64,000 nt of DNA from Corallochytrium limacisporum Hawaii (lineage: Eukaryota; Protista; Pluriformea), in NCBI GenBank assembly GCA_002811645.1, contig PDIP01000108.1, positions 45,360-109,359 on the forward strand, in the 5' to 3' direction. The notes below the pieces were generated by a model. The model did no database searches and was not told the DNA's origin. It saw only the letters and a program-made list of their open reading frames with translations. Below, piece by piece: positions 23,642 through 35,499 of the stretch. How positions within the stretch are numbered: position 1 is the stretch's first letter; every line of letters starts with the position of its first letter. Both the position numbers and the translations under genes were made by a program.

Positions 23642-25918
23642 GGTGTATTGCGTTGGATATTTTCTGTTGTCAGTCACTGGGATGAGTACTAGTCAGCACA
23701 ACAATGGCTATACGCAACATGGCAGAAACCGTGGACCTGTGCTGTACTCGCTGATCTGTTTATAGCTGTCGCAGCACACAGCTCTCACTCCTTTGCAAAC
23801 GTTAGACACCCCAGCAGCTTCGTGGTCCCCTGTCGATCCACTTTGATGACCAAACACTATCTCGCCCTCACCCGCTGCTAAGAGCCGGTCTTTTGGTATG
23901 TTATGCAAACTGGTAGACGAGGGGTCGCACCAGCTCTGACAGTTCACGGAGTCAGATGGGGACACCTGCTCGGTGTGATGAGATCCAGAAAAGAAAACTG
24001 CATAGCCAGTGGTGTGCCTCACCAACATCCCACCTAATTTGTTTTTGAATTCCTGTACGCAATTCGTGCCAAAAGATTTATCTGGCTCGCGTTGCAACTG
24101 ACCAGAGAGAGAACAACAAATGCACAAGGCCACCAGCACCAACATATGCGCACACCCACCCACACACAGTCCATTTCAAGGTCCAAATTCGAAAAACCAG
24201 AGTCGTTGTCGACAACCTACCACCCACAAACACTGGGGGCCGTGAGAGCTCCACGAGCCCTCTGACAACAAACGGTACGCTATTACTTCCTGGTATAGGC
24301 CCGCTGTGTAGGCTATGACATGGTTCACAACCGTCCAATGGCGAGTGATGCGATCATCACCAACCCACCCCACTTCTTCATGCATGTGCGCAATATACAC
24401 TACCATCATCCAATATACAGCAAACACCGCTTTGTCTACATATCGTACTTTCGCACCGGTACTGTTGTAACTATTACGGCTTGGCGTTTGAACCAGGCCG
24501 CCCCTCCTCCCTCCACCCAAGGCCCCAACAACACAGGCGCAGGCCAACTCGAATCTTGCACCGGGCTTACGGGTACAGAATGTACCGGCTTCGAACCAAT
24601 AACAAAGTAAACGGCTGCTATCCAGGTCGTTAGGGTGCAGGGCCGGAAAAGCATAAGGAGCCTACGGGGGACTGGGGGAGCAAAACGAAAAAATGAATAC
24701 AAAATGTACTAGATAACGTCATCAGTTCAGCTCATCGCCCTCCCCGCTCCCGCTGTTCGGACCCACACTGGCCGCACACAAGGCAAAACTAGCGTGGCCC
24801 ATACCTGATAACCTAACACCCATGTTGTAATTTTAATTCAAATTAAATATTCCTTGCCCCAGAAGCCTCCCCCCAGTCTCGATGGAGCTGGGGGCCGATT
24901 TAATCATGAATTTAAATATTGGGCCCCCGTTTTCGCACATGCGGTCGGGTTCCTTTGCGCCTCTCTCCCGGTACGGCCTCCCCACCAACCGGTGCAACTA
25001 TTCTTGGGTTGGTCACCTGATGAACTGTGCCACCACCCTAAAATATGGGTGGAAGGGTAGGATAGTACAAACATCGAAATCTTGTAAAATGGATTCTGCA
25101 GTCCATTGAGTATGAAAGCGGTGACACAATTCCGTTCTACGACGAGGCGAAGAAAGAAAGCCGTTCCAGCAATAGATCTTCTTCTTCTGCTTTCGTCTCT
25201 GTTTCTGAACATGTCCGGCGTGAAGCACTCACGTAGTAGAATGGCCCTTAACCGGAATGCGGAGAAAGATGACTGGAAAGCGCGACAGGCAAGGCAGCGG
25301 AAGGGGTAGACAGAGATGGAGATGGGCCCATTTCTTGTGACTGCTGTCGGATTCACGGGCCCAGCTCTATAGTTTCACTATAAGAAGCATGTCAGTTCTG
25401 CGCAATTCCGGAGTGTGGTACTCAGAAAAAACCTTGCCAACTGATGCAACGACATCCATTCCCTCGATCTCGACAGGGTTATCACCAACTCGACTCTCCA
25501 CACGCTTCAGCAACTCGACGCCGTCGGCATCCATGCCCATCAACATACAACAGCGACAACAAAATATTGAGAAAGCATGACGATGGCGGGGGAGATCCGA
25601 CGGGCTGCATGTGCCGCAACATTCAACCCTCTCATCCTCTACGGACATATCCACCACTGGTGATCATGCTCCTCCCCCTCGCGACCCCTTTCGGCCGCCC
25701 CGCCTCCTCCCGTACGTCAGCGGTACTCCCACTACTCAAATCCTTGCCACTCCTTCATACCTCCATCTCTCTGCCTTGTGTTTTCTCTTAGCTTGAACCA
25801 ACCAACGGGGCCCTTTTGGTTTCCCTTCGGTCTTCTTCGGGCTCACTAATGAATATGAATTGGAGCTGAGCCAGTATCCGGCTCGGTACCTATTAAGCAG
25901 CCAGGCCCCCTCCCCCCT

Positions 25919-25979
25919 TCTCTCTCTCTCTCTCTCTCTCGCGCTCTCTCTCTCTCTCTGTCTCTCTCGCTCTCTCTCT
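25919..25979. repeat. (CT)n microsatellite
   Basis: Read directly; further CT tracts at about 26821-26855 and 28312-28331. Confidence 0.9.
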
Positions 25980-28900
25980 GCACTCCGTCTCTCGTTTTGG
26001 GAAAAACTGGCGAACGATAAGTGATCGGTCCAGGTAGGCTACTAGCCACCTTTGGTTCGGGAATAAAAGAGAGTGAGAACATAACCATGATCCTTGTCGA
26101 TGATAATAATACACTTTGTCTTACGAGATGGATAGCCCCCCCCCCTTTCCCGTGCGGGAGGCTCACCACCGCCGCATCATCGAGGGGTGGTGGCCCGCTC
26201 CCGTCCGTTTCCCGTCGTCCCGGCCCGCAAGGACTGGGTATGCATTTATACATAGATGGTCGCTCCGTATCCAACTGTGGTAGATACCACTACAGAATCA
26301 GCAGACCCAACGAATGATCCAAAATGAGTACGGAGCGGCATCCCCAAAACAAGGAAATGATCAAATTGCGGGGACCTTACCTTACGGAAGATTAAACCTC
26401 AGATTAAGAAACGGAACGGACTAATTATTGCTATAGTGCCACCTTCTTCCATCGTGTCAGTTTGAATTTTCGTCTTTGCTATTGGGCCCAATGCGGGGGC
26501 CTGAGGTACATGTGCTCCCCGTGGGCCCCCAAACTGAACGAAGAGACAGAGTGTGAGAGAGAGAGACAGAGATTTAAACCTGAAAATCAGGGATACGACG
26601 TGTACGTACAATTCGTGCATTTCTTTAACTGCAAGAAAAGGAGAAGAGCGTACGTGGCGCCAGAAAATAGCAACCAACACTGGCTACGTACGACCTCCCG
26701 CACAGGGCGTTTTGCTGGAAAATCGCAGCAGGAAAGCGACAGGAGAAAAGGCCCAGCGTGCACCACAACACCCAAGCAGTGTTCCCCCCGTGCGGGGAGG
26801 CCGGCCCACTTTCGGTTCCCTGTCTCTCTGTCTCTCTCTCTCTCTCGCTCTCTCTCCTCTCCCCCAAACCCTTCCCTACCGCAAGCAACCCGGTAATCAG
26901 CCAGAAGCGGAGAGATTGGACAATAAAATTGAAAAATCGGGAAACAAAAAGAGAGAAGAATTGTGGGGGTTAGAGGGCAGACTCAAGTGTTTTCTGGGGT
27001 GAGACAAGGAGCGAGAAAAAAAGAAACCAAAGAAAAAAAAGCAGGTAACAACGAAGAAATAGAGAGAGACACACAGGGAGCGAGAGAGCTCTAACCGCAC
27101 CGCATCCTCAGAGGACCTTTGACAGTGAGACGGCAGGTGCACGGGAAGGGACGCGGGCCGGGAAAAGGGTTAGACTCCCGGACACAGGGTGAAGGAATGT
27201 TCCCGTCGTTTCGTTTGTCCCATGCATGCTCCGCTGGCCATACTGAATATGCTGAACCACGGACGCTCTACAGTACTGGTTGAGTCATTTCGTTCCACAG
27301 AGCAATATTTTGTACAATGCTGGGGTCCGCAGGACTTGACCGGACAGGTAAAGGAAGGGTGGGAGAAACGTTGCAAAAGGGTCAGTATATTATCCATAGA
27401 CAGCGATATTTTGATTGACGCTGTCCTTCTTTTCTTTTCCCCCTCCCCCTTCCGGGGAGAGTGGGGGAGGGGGGAGGAAGGTGAAATATGCACGCTCGGG
27501 TATAATATCAGTGGTCCTTGGCCCTGACAAATGATCTTTTGCACTCCATCTCACGCACGCCGTGAACCAGTTAGTGGCTACGTGTGTCCGTGTTTGCGAG
27601 TTGAGCGTGAGTGTGATGCGGTCTTTGTCTGTGTTTCCGTGTGTGTGTGGGGGGGGGAGCTCTAGATTTTACCTTGGGCCCTGTGGGGCCCTGCGTGTGT
27701 GCACAAAAATAGCTGCGTGCTGTATATCACTCCGTTATTTTCCCGTTTGGCTTTTCTCGATGATATTCTTCCCGTCCGCGGCACTACCGACACACCCAGC
27801 CATCCCTCTCTTTCCAATTTCACTCGGCGGTGGACTCGGTACTCATCGACCGTTAATGTTTTGGCAACCAGGGCTGGGGCCCAACCTGCACGTTCACCCA
27901 AGTCGTCGGTTTCGTTGCGTGGGGGAGGGGGAGGGGAGGGCTTGGGTTGTGTAATTTTGTCAACCCTGCCTCGTCCTCACCCTGCCTCCCTCCTCCCCCG
28001 GGGGCCCTACTCCGCTGAACGACACGGTAGGGGCAGTGTGACTTGTGTGAGCTGACGGTGTGCGTGTCCATTTTGTCCAAGTTCGGAGGGGGCCTTTATG
28101 ATTTGCTGCTGCTGCTGGCCTCGGCTCTTTCCCCCTCGCCCTTTTAATTTTGGTTCTCTTGCCGTCCTTTTTCTCTCTTCTTTCCTTTGTTCTCTTTTCT
28201 AAAATTCAGATTTGGGGCCGTTGGCGGGGTATGGGCCCGGGGCCCTGCACGCCGGACCACCTTGGTCTCTTGGCTTCCCCCCCCTACCTCCCTGGCTCCG
28301 CTGGACATTTTTCTCTCTCTCTCTCTCTCTTTCTTTGCCTCTCTGTCTCCCTTTCTTTCGCCCTCCTTTCTCATCTGTTTCCTTGCTTTTCTAATTTGCC
28401 TTCCATTTCGTTCCTATTCTTTGTCTCCTGAGAACGATTCGACGGTAGATTGAGTATGCCATCTGTGCCGGCAGCTGGCGCAGACCGGGGAGCCTAGGAG
28501 AGTCTGCTACCCACTTGTGGGCCAGGGTGTGTAATTGCGGACGCGGGACTTCCGCGACGAGATCGACGTGTGATCGCGCTCGTGGTACGCGATTGTTTTC
28601 AAGACTTTGCTCCCATCCAAACGACTGTCGAGCAAATTTAGGATGATAATTAGGACTTTGTATCCCTTCAAGACGGAATGATTTAATAGTGTACGGAGAA
28701 ACAATATTTGTCGAGGGTCCTTGTCCTATTTCATTGTGACCATCCTGGATAAAGCTGAGGGCTGACAATCATTGAGATCAGAAACCGTCGTCATGATGAG
28801 AACAGCGAACGAAAGTGACTGACATTCAGACCATAGAGAAAGACCATTTCAAACGTAAATGTCAATGGGACTTTATGCACGGTTAGAATATGTGAGTGCA

Positions 28901-28984
28901 GCGACTAACAGAATGAACACAGAAAAGTGACGTCTGAGGATATTTGGTACACCGATTAGAGTGGCCGCACACAGACCAACCATA

Positions 28985-31327
28985 ATGAGTGTTCCTGTAG
29001 AGAATGGGACCAACTCCGAGAGCAGTTGTGAGAAGGCACCATCTCTGATCACAGAAGCAGTAGTCATTGGCAATGGTCCTTCGGGACTGGCCTCGAGTTT
29101 CCTGCTGTCGGGCTACGAACCCCTTCTACTCAAGCGGACATGTCCAAAGACGACAGCTTCAGAAAAGTCTGTCCATTGCACAGACGACTGTAAGGCGGCG
29201 GAGGGAAACAATTCACTAGATTGTCCACAGAAATACCATCCGGACGACGTGCTTAGTCCACGCATACAGAAACTTGCGGAAGGATCAACAGAAAGCGTGA
29301 GTCTTTTCGAACAGACAGAAACCCTGAGGGAACTAGCAGATGGACTGAGCGGAAGGTCACAACACCCACTTTCCCTGCTCTTTGATGCTCTACAGAGGCC
29401 TACTGATGAATACGGTGAGGAAGGACCAAGTGTGGTCCGCTGGTCACACAACGCGAAGCGTAGCGTCAGCCACCTGGTCATCGGCAGTGGACCGCTGGGC
29501 GGTGCCTGGAACAACATGAACGGCAATCTGGACACTTTGAGCTACGGTAATTGGATGGAACTGCCAGGCTACAGCATGGCACAGTGGAGTCGAGATGAAT
29601 TGAAAGATGACCAAGATTTTCATCCACAGCGGAGGGTGAGCAGAGCAACGGTACTGCACTACTATCAGGCCTACGCCAAACACATGGGTTTATTGGACAA
29701 TATGTTAGAGAATATGACGGTTGAAAAACTGGAAATCATGCACCCCAAGGATAGTTCTGAGACGAGCAAGACGCACGATTCGGGCTTTGAGAATGACTCT
29801 GACGCCGAGAGCGTGAGCTCTGCGACATACTCCAGCAGCGATCCAGAAAGCTTTGGCTCCTTCGATGAGGCATCCCTCCGGAGCAGCGTAGGTAGTACAG
29901 ACATGGCAAAGAGCAAGGCAAGTAAGCGCAGCAAGCGCTGGAAGATTACGACGCGGAGCCATGTGGGTGACAAAGACTGTACCATGCACATTTACGCAGA
30001 TGAAATAATCTTGGCGACGGGCACCACTGAGGTGCCGCGCTGGCTGGGATGCAAGGGTGAGGACTTGAGCCATGTGACGCACTCGCTGAAGAAATGGGAG
30101 AATTTAGTAGACGAAGAGTACGAGGCCAGCTGCACGCAGGCCACAGACGAACCAGGACAGCTTCAGCATAAGCCGGTGCTCGTAGTGGGCAGCGGTCTCA
30201 GTGCCCTAGATGCTGTAGTGTGCGCGCTAGAGAAGGGGTTACGTGTCATGCACATTTTCAATGACGCCCCTTGTAGTCGTGACTTCGTGGTACGCAAACT
30301 GCCGGCCAGCGAGTACCCCAAGTACACGGGCCTCTACGAGCTCATGAGGGCGTCCTGCAAGAAATGTAAGGTCGACCCAGCGAAGAAACGCGCCAACGCC
30401 CGCAAGATCATTCCGGAGGAATGGATCGAGCTCTACGACCCGCGCCACGGCTGGCGATTTGCAAAGATGAGTGATGATGGCGTCGCGACGCTTTGTTCAA
30501 ACTGCTGCTGCTACGAAGTGCCCGTGGCTGCGGCTGGTGTCTTTATCGGCTCGCTACCGAACCTGAGCTTCCTGCCGCAACAAATACTGGAAGCCGGCCT
30601 CGCCCATTCCAGTGAGGAACCCTTGCATCCGAAGCGCAATCCGCTGAAGGTCAACGACCCATTCATTGGAGAGGTGGCCGTGGCACCGGGCCAGGGACTT
30701 TACGCCGTGGGACCCCTGGTTGGTGAGAACTTTGTCCGTTTTGGCATCGGCACCTGCGTGGGCCCAGTCCTTGACATTTTCAGTCATTCATTTCAGCGTC
30801 AACGGCAGAGGCTGGCCGTCACGATATCCGCGCGCCACAGTGTCACGTCCGATCATCACCATGAGCGGACGTCACACGTTGATGACACGGGTGAACTGAC
30901 ACCAGTGATCAGCCCACAACTGGCGGCGACAACTCCCCCCGAAGAGGATGCAATCGCCAAGGACCTGTCAGGAAAGGTCGACATTGGCAGAGAGGCCGTT
31001 GCAAAGGCCACTGCCATCATCACTAAGCCGCTGCCAAACGACAGTTCTACTGTGACCGTGGTGGAGAAGAATGGCAAGCGCTCCTCTTCGCGCAGTCGAA
31101 CCAAGAAACAGACCCGCCGCAGGTCGTACGTTATTCAGCAGCATCGTCGCAACAAACTTATTGCCCAGCAGCGGTTAAGCACGCGTCTACCCGAAGGCGC
31201 GTACAGTTCGATGCGAGACGTTTCTGATATCGTGTCATCGTCGGATGCGCAGGCACTGGAGGCTGAGCACGGTGATGAAAGAGAGCACCTCGGACCAAGG
31301 CAGAGGTACGCCACTGTTAACTTCTAA
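28985..31327 (+). CDS. OSGIN/OKL38-like flavoprotein (FAD/NAD(P)-binding oxidoreductase)
   Basis: VIGNGPSG, GRSQHPLSLLFDALQRP, GPLGGAW, TLSYGNWMELPG, LATGT, VVGSGLSALDAV and YAVGPLVGENFVRF match the OSGIN1/2 pattern. ATG is at 28985. Confidence 0.88.
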   Translation: MSVPVENGTNSESSCEKAPSLITEAVVIGNGPSGLASSFLLSGYEPLLLKRTCPKTTASEKSVHCTDDCKAAEGNNSLDCPQKYHPDDVLSPRIQKLAEGSTESVSLFEQTETLRELADGLSGRSQHPLSLLFDALQRPTDEYGEEGPSVVRWSHNAKRSVSHLVIGSGPLGGAWNNMNGNLDTLSYGNWMELPGYSMAQWSRDELKDDQDFHPQRRVSRATVLHYYQAYAKHMGLLDNMLENMTVEKLEIMHPKDSSETSKTHDSGFENDSDAESVSSATYSSSDPESFGSFDEASLRSSVGSTDMAKSKASKRSKRWKITTRSHVGDKDCTMHIYADEIILATGTTEVPRWLGCKGEDLSHVTHSLKKWENLVDEEYEASCTQATDEPGQLQHKPVLVVGSGLSALDAVVCALEKGLRVMHIFNDAPCSRDFVVRKLPASEYPKYTGLYELMRASCKKCKVDPAKKRANARKIIPEEWIELYDPRHGWRFAKMSDDGVATLCSNCCCYEVPVAAAGVFIGSLPNLSFLPQQILEAGLAHSSEEPLHPKRNPLKVNDPFIGEVAVAPGQGLYAVGPLVGENFVRFGIGTCVGPVLDIFSHSFQRQRQRLAVTISARHSVTSDHHHERTSHVDDTGELTPVISPQLAATTPPEEDAIAKDLSGKVDIGREAVAKATAIITKPLPNDSSTVTVVEKNGKRSSSRSRTKKQTRRRSYVIQQHRRNKLIAQQRLSTRLPEGAYSSMRDVSDIVSSSDAQALEAEHGDEREHLGPRQRYATVNF

Positions 31328-31456
31328 GGAAGTATCGTCAAGAGTGCACGTCACAAACATTCACATAGTAAGACATAAACCATATCATAGTGTACGTTTT
31401 GATTATATATTGTAAGTTGTTGTTTGCAGCGGTGGAAGCTGAATTCAATGGATTCG

Positions 31457-32365
31457 TCATTGTTTGGCACCCTGTCCTAGTTCAGCTGTCTCCGCCTCTG
31501 CTTCGGACTCCTGCACACGCTCCTGTGCCTTGGCCTCCTCTACTCGGCCTTCGGCCTCTAATTGCGCAATCCGTTCCAGGGATGTGCGTGACTTTTCCAT
31601 GTCATGCTCTTTAATGGCATGAATAAAGTCGTTCTTCTGGTCGTCGGTCATGCGGCTGTACCCCTTGGGTACAGTGGTGAGCAGGTCTTTGACCATCCCC
31701 TCTTTGATGCGCTCTAGTTCCCATTCGTTGCGACGCGGGCGGCGCCAGTAGCGCTTCATGGATGCATCCTTGCGCTTTTCTGCATCATACTCCTGACCTT
31801 GAGGCTGCTCCTGCAGAGCTGGGTAGTCCACTACAGCGGGTAGGATATCCCGGTACTGCTCTTTGTCTTCGCGGTGTCGAATCGTGCGATCAAAGATTTC
31901 GTCCTCTTCCACAGACACAGGGAAGAGATGGTAGGGGTAATAGAACCGCTGGGGATGTGGCAATGTAACAATGGCATATTTTGAGTCTGTACCACGGACG
32001 TACCCGATTGGTCCCTTGGCTCCCATGTCCCTACCAAAACGGAACTTCTTCTTATGTTTTCCGGCCTTGATATATGTGTTCACGTTCTCGACGTCGACAT
32101 TGTACAGGACCTTCAAGTACTGACGAATGTCCAGTTTGTTCATGGTCATAGAAACTTTGAACATAACCTCTCGAGTACCCAATGCCAGCTTGCGGTCAGG
32201 CCTACAGATAGCCATCCAGTAGCTCGGGAAAAACTGCAGATTTTGTCCAAAGGACTTGTTGCCAATGCGGATGGCGTTGCCCAGTGCCCTACCCATCGTC
32301 CGTCCCAGATGTCCATGGAGACGGGTCGGATCTGCAATTGTCTTCCAGACGTTTGGTCCCGACAT
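31457..32365 (-). CDS. MRPL23: Mitochondrial ribosomal protein uL23m with C-terminal extension
   Basis: L23 core FKVSMTMNKLDIRQYLKVLYNVDVENVNT...KYAIVTL, preceded by a mitochondrial-type IGNK..QFFP segment. Confidence 0.88.
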   Translation of the reverse strand: MSGPNVWKTIADPTRLHGHLGRTMGRALGNAIRIGNKSFGQNLQFFPSYWMAICRPDRKLALGTREVMFKVSMTMNKLDIRQYLKVLYNVDVENVNTYIKAGKHKKKFRFGRDMGAKGPIGYVRGTDSKYAIVTLPHPQRFYYPYHLFPVSVEEDEIFDRTIRHREDKEQYRDILPAVVDYPALQEQPQGQEYDAEKRKDASMKRYWRRPRRNEWELERIKEGMVKDLLTTVPKGYSRMTDDQKNDFIHAIKEHDMEKSRTSLERIAQLEAEGRVEEAKAQERVQESEAEAETAELGQGAKQ

Positions 32366-33826
32366 TGTCGTTTGTTTGTGTATATGCAGCTATTGTGGTT
32401 AACTTTATACTTCCTATACTATTCACAGGTTCTGGTTGTTCACCCGCACCACATGATCTCTCACTGTCATAATGTTTATTCGCCGGTGTAACTGTGAAGA
32501 AACTTGGTTCCGCTTCGTATCCCTGACGTTATACCCCAGAAATACCCCCGGCGAGCACAACTCAAGTGAGCAAGAGGAAGAGAGCTCCACGAGTCCCACT
32601 GTCGCAGCTTGGGTTCTTTGTTGGGACCAACCGGTACCATCGCACACAGGGCCTGGGATCCATTGACACATGGGGGGGAGAAGAGCTCGTTAGGGGCTCC
32701 CATTTGTGTGACAGACAGTTCGAGTCGAAATTTAATATACTGAATATCTGTAATTCAAGCATTTGTTTCGTTATGTCAGGATAATTTTAGCCAATAATTA
32801 AATATACCTACTCCGTAAATTTTGTAGTTTCAAAGCATAGAAATTTTCATATATTCATTACCAACTCCTCGGCATCAAGCTTGGCCGTCACACATTAAAT
32901 AGACTCCCGTGTGAGTATAGGGGGGTGGTTGGTATTTTGCTTTGGGACCCCCGCCCCAGGGGGGGGGGAACGTTCGGACCCGTGCCGCCCATCGATCCAA
33001 GTGCCTATCGTCCCCCCCCCTTTTTCACTCTCTCTCTCTCTCTCCCCCCGGGGCGGTACCTCTCCTACTCTCTCCTCCCCCTTTCTTTACCCCCAAAATT
33101 GAACTGGCATACATTTTTTTTTGGCGGCAACGACCGAAGCAATGCAACACACGAACCCGGCCCCCGGTGAGGCAGGGGAACGTTGAGAGAACCCAGTCAT
33201 CTCTTTCCTTTTTATTTTCTTTCCTCTTTTTACTTTGCCTTTCCTGTTCCTGTTTGCGTGTGCCAAGTGACACTCTTGGTCTGGGTCTTTATGTACTGAG
33301 CTTATGACGAAGTCAGTCCCTCCCTGGTGGTGTATTGGCCGCCAGGTGTCTTTTTTCGGCTCCGTACTACACGGGTATGGAATGATGCCCCCCCGGCCGG
33401 GGGGGGGTTTCAACGGGCCTGCAGGACTGGAGCCGCAGGCGTGGCGGTGTGGGATCAATGGCAGTAAAGTGGTCCGAATGCCGCATAGATGGTACACCTT
33501 TTCTTACTTTTCTTAGCCGTCTTGGTCTCTTTTTGACTTGATGTCGGCCCAAGCAGAAACCTCCGATTGATTACCCACTGTGGATCGAGCTGATCATTGT
33601 GGCAAGTCCATCTGTGTTGTTTGTGAGGGATAGATAGGGCTATTTACGAACAGCAGCACTTTAAGCCTGGTGATCACACACAAATGTGAAGTTCACCATC
33701 AAGAAATCTCGAGAAACGACTCCATAATTACTCTAAGGCATAAGTGGAAGCATGCACTTGTAAATATAGTGTAACGAGTACATGCGCAAGAACTAAATCT
33801 TCCAACCGACAGAAACACAGTGCACT

Positions 33827-34807
33827 ATGGTCTTCCACATCAAATACGCTGCACCAACTTTGGTGACCCTGGCAGCTATCAGCTGTGGAATGACCTCGAT
33901 CCGCATGGCTCTTCAGGGGAGATTTGAGACCTCCATTTGGACACTATTTGCAGCGATGGTCTTCGACGGACTGGACGGACACGTTGCCCGGGCGTTGGGG
34001 GCAAGCACAAAGATAGGAGCGGAGCTCGACAGTTTGTGCGATTTGGTTGATTTCGGAGCGGCTCCGTCTCTTGTTATGTACAGTTGGGCATCCTTGAATG
34101 GCAGCCCGGACAACGTACCCGATGAATGGCTGTGGGCCAGCTGTGTTGTGTACATTTGCATGTGCGCAACGCGTCTGGCGCGCTTCAATGTTCTCAACAA
34201 TGAGCACGCATACGGACAGGAGCAGGAGAAACTACGGGAGCAAGAGGAGGCAGCTCAAGGCCAGCGTGCCAAGCTTCGGTCTAGTGCACCTGCAAAGCCT
34301 CAACGGGGACGGCTGAATAAACAGAATGGGAAACATTCCAGTCAGATACAAGAGACCATAAGCTACGTCCGTACGTACATCCTGGTCAAGGAGCGCTTCT
34401 TTGAAGGCGTACCGGCACCTATGGCCTGCTGGCTTGCACTATTTCCCATGCTTTGGCGGTTTCAGTATGGTGAGAACTTTATGGGCTTGGATGCCCGGGT
34501 CATCACTGTCGGAACGAATCTGCTGGTCGCGGCCATGATGGTCACGCCCTTCCCAACTCTGAGCAGTAAGATGCTCATGCGCAATCCACAGACTGAGAGC
34601 CATCTTGTGAGCAGAACTTATATCACGGGATTCTTAAAGGTTGCTGTAGTTGCGGGCGTTGTTGCGTTTGCCTATGCAGAACCCTGGCTGTTTTGCGTCA
34701 GCCTTGAGCTCGGATATGTGGCATTGTTCCCACTAGGCATCTATGCGTACTACTTTGTCGCTCTACCGGAGGAACATACCAAACTGCTCAAGGCTAAGGT
34801 CAAGTGA
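33827..34807 (+). CDS. pssA: CDP-diacylglycerol--serine O-phosphatidyltransferase (PssA/Cho1 class)
   Basis: CDP-alcohol phosphotransferase motif DGLDGHVARALGASTKIGAELDSLCD, plus RLARFN, FFEGVPAP and multiple TM helices. Confidence 0.9.
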   Translation: MVFHIKYAAPTLVTLAAISCGMTSIRMALQGRFETSIWTLFAAMVFDGLDGHVARALGASTKIGAELDSLCDLVDFGAAPSLVMYSWASLNGSPDNVPDEWLWASCVVYICMCATRLARFNVLNNEHAYGQEQEKLREQEEAAQGQRAKLRSSAPAKPQRGRLNKQNGKHSSQIQETISYVRTYILVKERFFEGVPAPMACWLALFPMLWRFQYGENFMGLDARVITVGTNLLVAAMMVTPFPTLSSKMLMRNPQTESHLVSRTYITGFLKVAVVAGVVAFAYAEPWLFCVSLELGYVALFPLGIYAYYFVALPEEHTKLLKAKVK

Positions 34808-35142
34808 AACACTTTCCTTAAAACAATCAAAACTGATTTCATCTGCATGATCTCAATAAATTCATCGAATCAGGATCCTGCCGTACGGCCATCCATCTCC
34901 CCATCCATCTGTACTCTTGTACGTTCGGGTGAGCTCCGATGCTTCCCATCCCGCTCACCACGGCTGCCCTCTCCCATAAAACCCAACTCGCCCCGCCCGA
35001 TGCGCTGTCCTTTGGCTTTTCATCCTTCGCGTGTCCTAAATCTAATTTTGCGCATATACCAACCCGGCTTGATATCCTCCCTTCGGTCCGAGATTCCCTA
35101 CCCCTCTTCCCCTCTTCCCTCCGCACGGGTTTACGGGGATTT

Positions 35143-35194
35143 TGGGGAGGGGGGGGAGAGGGGGAAGGGAAGGGAAGGGAAGGGAAGGGAAGGG
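35143..35194 (+). repeat. G-run plus (GGGAA)n, potential G-quadruplex
   Basis: GGGGAGGGGGGGGAGAGGGGG followed by (AAGGG)6. Confidence 0.85.
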
Positions 35195-35499
35195 AGGCGA
35201 TTTTGTCCCCCCCCCCTCCCCTCTCTCCCCGCTGGTATTGGAGTACTTCTCCGCCGTACCACGGTCCGATGGACTGTGTTCCGTCACGGTGCGTTCCGAG
35301 AGAATGCCAAGTGCGAACCCCCGCGGATGCGGCGTCTCCGGGGATCGCAGCAGTGAGGTACTTTGCGTAAAACGATGTGCCCTATATTAGGTTCATATTC
35401 AAGCCTATCAAGACATTTGGATGGCTACGGTTAGCGTCTCTCTTCGAGCAATGTGCTTAGACTATAGATCCTGGGATAGATGACTCAACTTGGACCAAG

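Noticed and set aside
9367-28984. Many 60-190 aa ORFs in the long intergenic regions
   Set aside because: They arise from microsatellites and homopolymers, mostly have non-ATG starts and show no family motifs.
24244-32593. 14-mer GAGAGCTCCACGAG at 24244 and 32580
   Set aside because: Several 14-mer pairs are expected by chance in 64 kb, and the match does not extend.
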